Shown here: piece after piece, positions 18,404-20,947 of the stretch
Layout of the letters: each line of letters begins with the position of its first letter
Position numbering within the stretch: position 1 is the first letter of the stretch
Assembly (NCBI GenBank): GCA_013375475.1
Contig: JABXKD010000068.1
Span: forward strand, 1-20,947
Length of the DNA stretch: 20,947 nucleotides
Reading direction: 5' to 3'
Origin: Promethearchaeota archaeon
Lineage (GTDB): Archaea > Asgardarchaeota > Lokiarchaeia > Sigyniarchaeales > SOKP01
Made by a program: the position numbers and the translations under genes
Notes under the pieces: model-generated
Databases searched by the model: none
The model's input: only the letters and a program-made list of their open reading frames with translations
Told to the model about the DNA's origin: nothing

Positions 18404-20470
18404 TTAAGGGTAATAACTTTTTCTATCAAATTTTTTACTTGAACCTCTTAGAAATTCTTCGTCTTCCATGTCAGAATCCATAGCTTCTATGTTTTTTTCA
18501 ATTATATATATTTCCTTTTGTAAATTTTTAAAATTTTTAAAGTAATCAATTTCAGAAATGTCCCCAGATTCAAATTTATCGTCTAATAATTTTAGAGTTT
18601 CCTCCAGACTATATTTCTCCTTCTCCAAATTAAACATTTTCTTCCGTCTTGTTTTACTTTCTTTCCTTGAATGATAGTTAGAGCTTTCGCTTGGATGATA
18701 AGAACCATAATCACTGCCAAATAGATCCGAAAGGTGATTTCTTGAAAATTCTTGATACTGCGGCATACTTCTACTTTTTCGTTGAGGTTTATATTGAGTA
18801 GGATCGGAAAAAAATTCGTTGTAATTATGTATTCCGTTTCGCGTAGGGAATGACCTGTCGTATCTCTGTAGTTGTTCTAATTTTCTCATCAGAAGGTTTT
18901 TTTGATCGATATCAGAAACGCTATTGTTAAATCCACTGTTAAATTGTTTAGGCTCATAGTTTTGTATCCTGTTGGTGTTATAGAAGTTTTGCAAGAAGAA
19001 CTCATCTTGATTATAGTTAGGAGGCAGATAATGTCTCATTGTGTTGCCATAATAGTTTAAATCCTCAGGAGTTTGAATTTGACCCATCCTTTGATTGGAT
19101 ATTCTATTGTTATTTTGATACGGTGAAAATGGGAGGTTATTATTGTAGGGTTTCATGATTTGATTTTGATTCTGGAACGGAGGTCTACTTTGTAGATTAT
19201 TCGGATTTTGGTTGAACATCGATGAAACGACATTATATTCAGCCATTTTATTATTTGAATTAACATTGTTATATTGACATTTTAAACTAAAGAAGGAGTT
19301 GATAGTTTCTTCGATATAGTTTGAAATATCGCTCAAATCGATTTCAACATTATATAGTTTTTTAGCAGCCAATTTGTCATAAATGACAGTCTCATCAAAA
19401 CTTCTGGCGAGTAAGAGATAATCTAATACTCTCGAAAGAGAATTTGGTGGAAGCGTAAATTCATATCTCCCATAAGGGAATTCAATGTAAAGTTTTTTGA
19501 ATAATTTCCCTCTTATTTGAACTTTCGTTAAGTCCTTTACAGGTGCTTTAAAAATACCTTCTTGCTTTTTCTTTCGCTTTCCTTGCTCACGGACAAAGGA
19601 TAAGTCAAAATTGGTTATAAAAAGAATTCCTTTATTCTTTTTGTATTTATCCTCTGTGTTTAGCCCATTAGCTAATTTAGCGTATATTGCATAAACCGGT
19701 TTTTCCTCCTCTGCTAAGTTGAGGAATTTAATATAATTTTTGAAATAAAAAGTAATCTTGTCTATGAAAACTAAATTCTTTGAAAGATTGACAACGCTAG
19801 TATTTATAGTATTTACATTATTCTCTATAAAATCATTTATTGAATTATAACTGCGGTTCAAATTCTCAAGGATGTCTTCGATAATCCGTATATTAGAATT
19901 CTGCTGAGCGTAGATATCAAAAAAATATTCTTTGTTAATTGATAAATGCTGGATAAAATTGCGGATCTTCTCAATAAGAGTTTCTTTTGCATAAATAAAT
20001 AATTTAAAGAGAGCTAATAAGTCTAATTCCATGGTAGGATAATGGAAGCATTTAACAGGAGGAGCTCTTGCATCAAGAATTTTCTGTTTTAATGTATAAA
20101 GAGAGTTTACTAATTCTCTAAGAGGATCCATAAACGAGCGTGAATCTTTAATTAATTCCATAAATATTTTTTCTAGGTCTTCTTTTTTCTCATAGATGTT
20201 TATTATTTGATGAGAGTGACATTTAGGGCAAGATTTTAAGAGTTGATTAGATCTGACTATATTTTCTGCTCCGCAATCATTGCAAGTTTTCTTATTACCT
20301 GATTCCGGGACGAAAATATTTTTAGAATTGCAGTCTTGACAAAGATAAGAATCAATTTTTTCTTCATGTAAACAATCAGAACAACAACTAGTTCCACACT
20401 CCTCACAATAATAAGCCAATTTTACATTTCGTTGGCAGAAACGACAGATTTGGAAGTGCTGTTCCGACAT
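18404..20470 (-). CDS. Multidomain protein: B-box-like/Zn-ribbon N-terminus, coiled coil, PH/GRAM-like domain, N/Q-rich region, C-terminal steadiness-box (Vps23_core)-like helical hairpin
   Basis: Six CxxC pairs in aa 9-85, a helical heptad region at ~90-250, KGILFITNFDLSF..IFKAPVKDLTKVQI..KLYIEF at aa ~253-357, N/Q/P-rich aa ~400-560, and SLEETLKLLDDKFESGDISEIDYFKNFKNLQKEIY at aa 621-655. The CDS is secure, while the domain names are inferred by eye. Confidence 0.6.
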   Translation of the reverse strand: MSEQHFQICRFCQRNVKLAYYCEECGTSCCSDCLHEEKIDSYLCQDCNSKNIFVPESGNKKTCNDCGAENIVRSNQLLKSCPKCHSHQIINIYEKKEDLEKIFMELIKDSRSFMDPLRELVNSLYTLKQKILDARAPPVKCFHYPTMELDLLALFKLFIYAKETLIEKIRNFIQHLSINKEYFFDIYAQQNSNIRIIEDILENLNRSYNSINDFIENNVNTINTSVVNLSKNLVFIDKITFYFKNYIKFLNLAEEEKPVYAIYAKLANGLNTEDKYKKNKGILFITNFDLSFVREQGKRKKKQEGIFKAPVKDLTKVQIRGKLFKKLYIEFPYGRYEFTLPPNSLSRVLDYLLLARSFDETVIYDKLAAKKLYNVEIDLSDISNYIEETINSFFSLKCQYNNVNSNNKMAEYNVVSSMFNQNPNNLQSRPPFQNQNQIMKPYNNNLPFSPYQNNNRISNQRMGQIQTPEDLNYYGNTMRHYLPPNYNQDEFFLQNFYNTNRIQNYEPKQFNSGFNNSVSDIDQKNLLMRKLEQLQRYDRSFPTRNGIHNYNEFFSDPTQYKPQRKSRSMPQYQEFSRNHLSDLFGSDYGSYHPSESSNYHSRKESKTRRKKMFNLEKEKYSLEETLKLLDDKFESGDISEIDYFKNFKNLQKEIYIIEKNIEAMDSDMEDEEFLRGSSKKFDRKSYYP

Positions 20471-20629
20471 ATTTACATTTTAACCCAATTTAATTAAAAT
20501 TAAAAAAGTACCAATTTTTGATCGCTTTATCAACAGAAATAGATGAAAAGATAGTATTAATTTAGGTATGTTATTGAAATATTACAAAAAAAGTCCTTAA
20601 AAACAGCAAGAAGAACCTATTAAAATTAT

Positions 20630-20923
20630 TTATTTAATTATTTTAACTTTTTGGCCGAGAGCTTGACCAGGTAACCCAGCTTTTTTGAAATGAGCTCTAA
20701 TAGCTCCACTATTACCGTGAGCTCGCGTAATTGTTCCTTTCAATTCTTTGCCCGTAGGACTTATCCATACTACAGTTCGTCCAATTAATTTGTTTGCGTC
20801 CTTTCTGTTCGTAATATTGGGAAAGACAATAATGCAGTGTTTTGGATGCAAAGTGTGGCGTCCTTGCCGATAGTTTGAAATAGTGCCTTCTTTACCTAAT
20901 ATTTCTAATTTATTCAGTGCCAT
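20630..20923 (-). CDS. rpl35ae: 50S ribosomal protein L35Ae (eL33)
   Basis: GTISNYRQG, LIGRTVVW, GTITRAHGNSGAIRAHF..GLPGQALG. ATG at 20923 is preferred over TTG at 20932. Confidence 0.96.
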   Translation of the reverse strand: MALNKLEILGKEGTISNYRQGRHTLHPKHCIIVFPNITNRKDANKLIGRTVVWISPTGKELKGTITRAHGNSGAIRAHFKKAGLPGQALGQKVKIIK

Positions 20924-20947
20924 CGAGATCAACTCTTTTCAAATTCA

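Noticed and set aside
1-20947. tRNA, rRNA, SRP RNA, CRISPR arrays, SECIS/selenocysteine readthrough, IS elements
   Set aside because: Intergenic gaps are short (under ~180 bp) and very AT-rich, with no GC-rich stems or spaced repeats. TGA stops fall at the natural ends of complete domains, and no transposase or integrase is present. An Infernal/tRNAscan-SE run would be needed to exclude small RNAs formally.

Overview
AT-rich, gene-dense archaeal chromosomal segment, most consistent with an Asgard archaeon of the Lokiarchaeia type. This is an inference from an archaeal information-processing core occurring together with eukaryotic-signature proteins. It holds 21 CDSs. Housekeeping core: the conserved archaeal cluster pus10-rpl21e-rpo4-DUF655-rsmA-hemK(Mtq2-like), plus rpl35ae, nurA, aroB' (DHQ synthase II), queD, a dNK-family kinase, a partial GH127, a GH57 and a GPH-type MFS transporter. 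Eukaryotic-signature-like genes: a Rab-like GTPase next to a CPBP/Rce1-like protease, a Roadblock/LC7 protein with a long acidic tail, and a Snf7-family ESCRT-III gene. Most notable: (i) the ESCRT-III gene converges, 15 bp apart, on a 688-aa protein built as B-box-like Zn finger, coiled coil, PH/GRAM(GLUE)-like domain, N/Q-rich region and a Vps23/TSG101 steadiness-box-like C-terminus, making it a candidate non-canonical ESCRT-I/adaptor module; (ii) an SDR (Rossmann)-QueC fusion divergent from queD; (iii) a zinc-ribbon CPBP that lacks most catalytic residues. I saw no rRNA, tRNA, CRISPR array or mobile element. All domain calls are by-eye motif recognition, and no searches were run.
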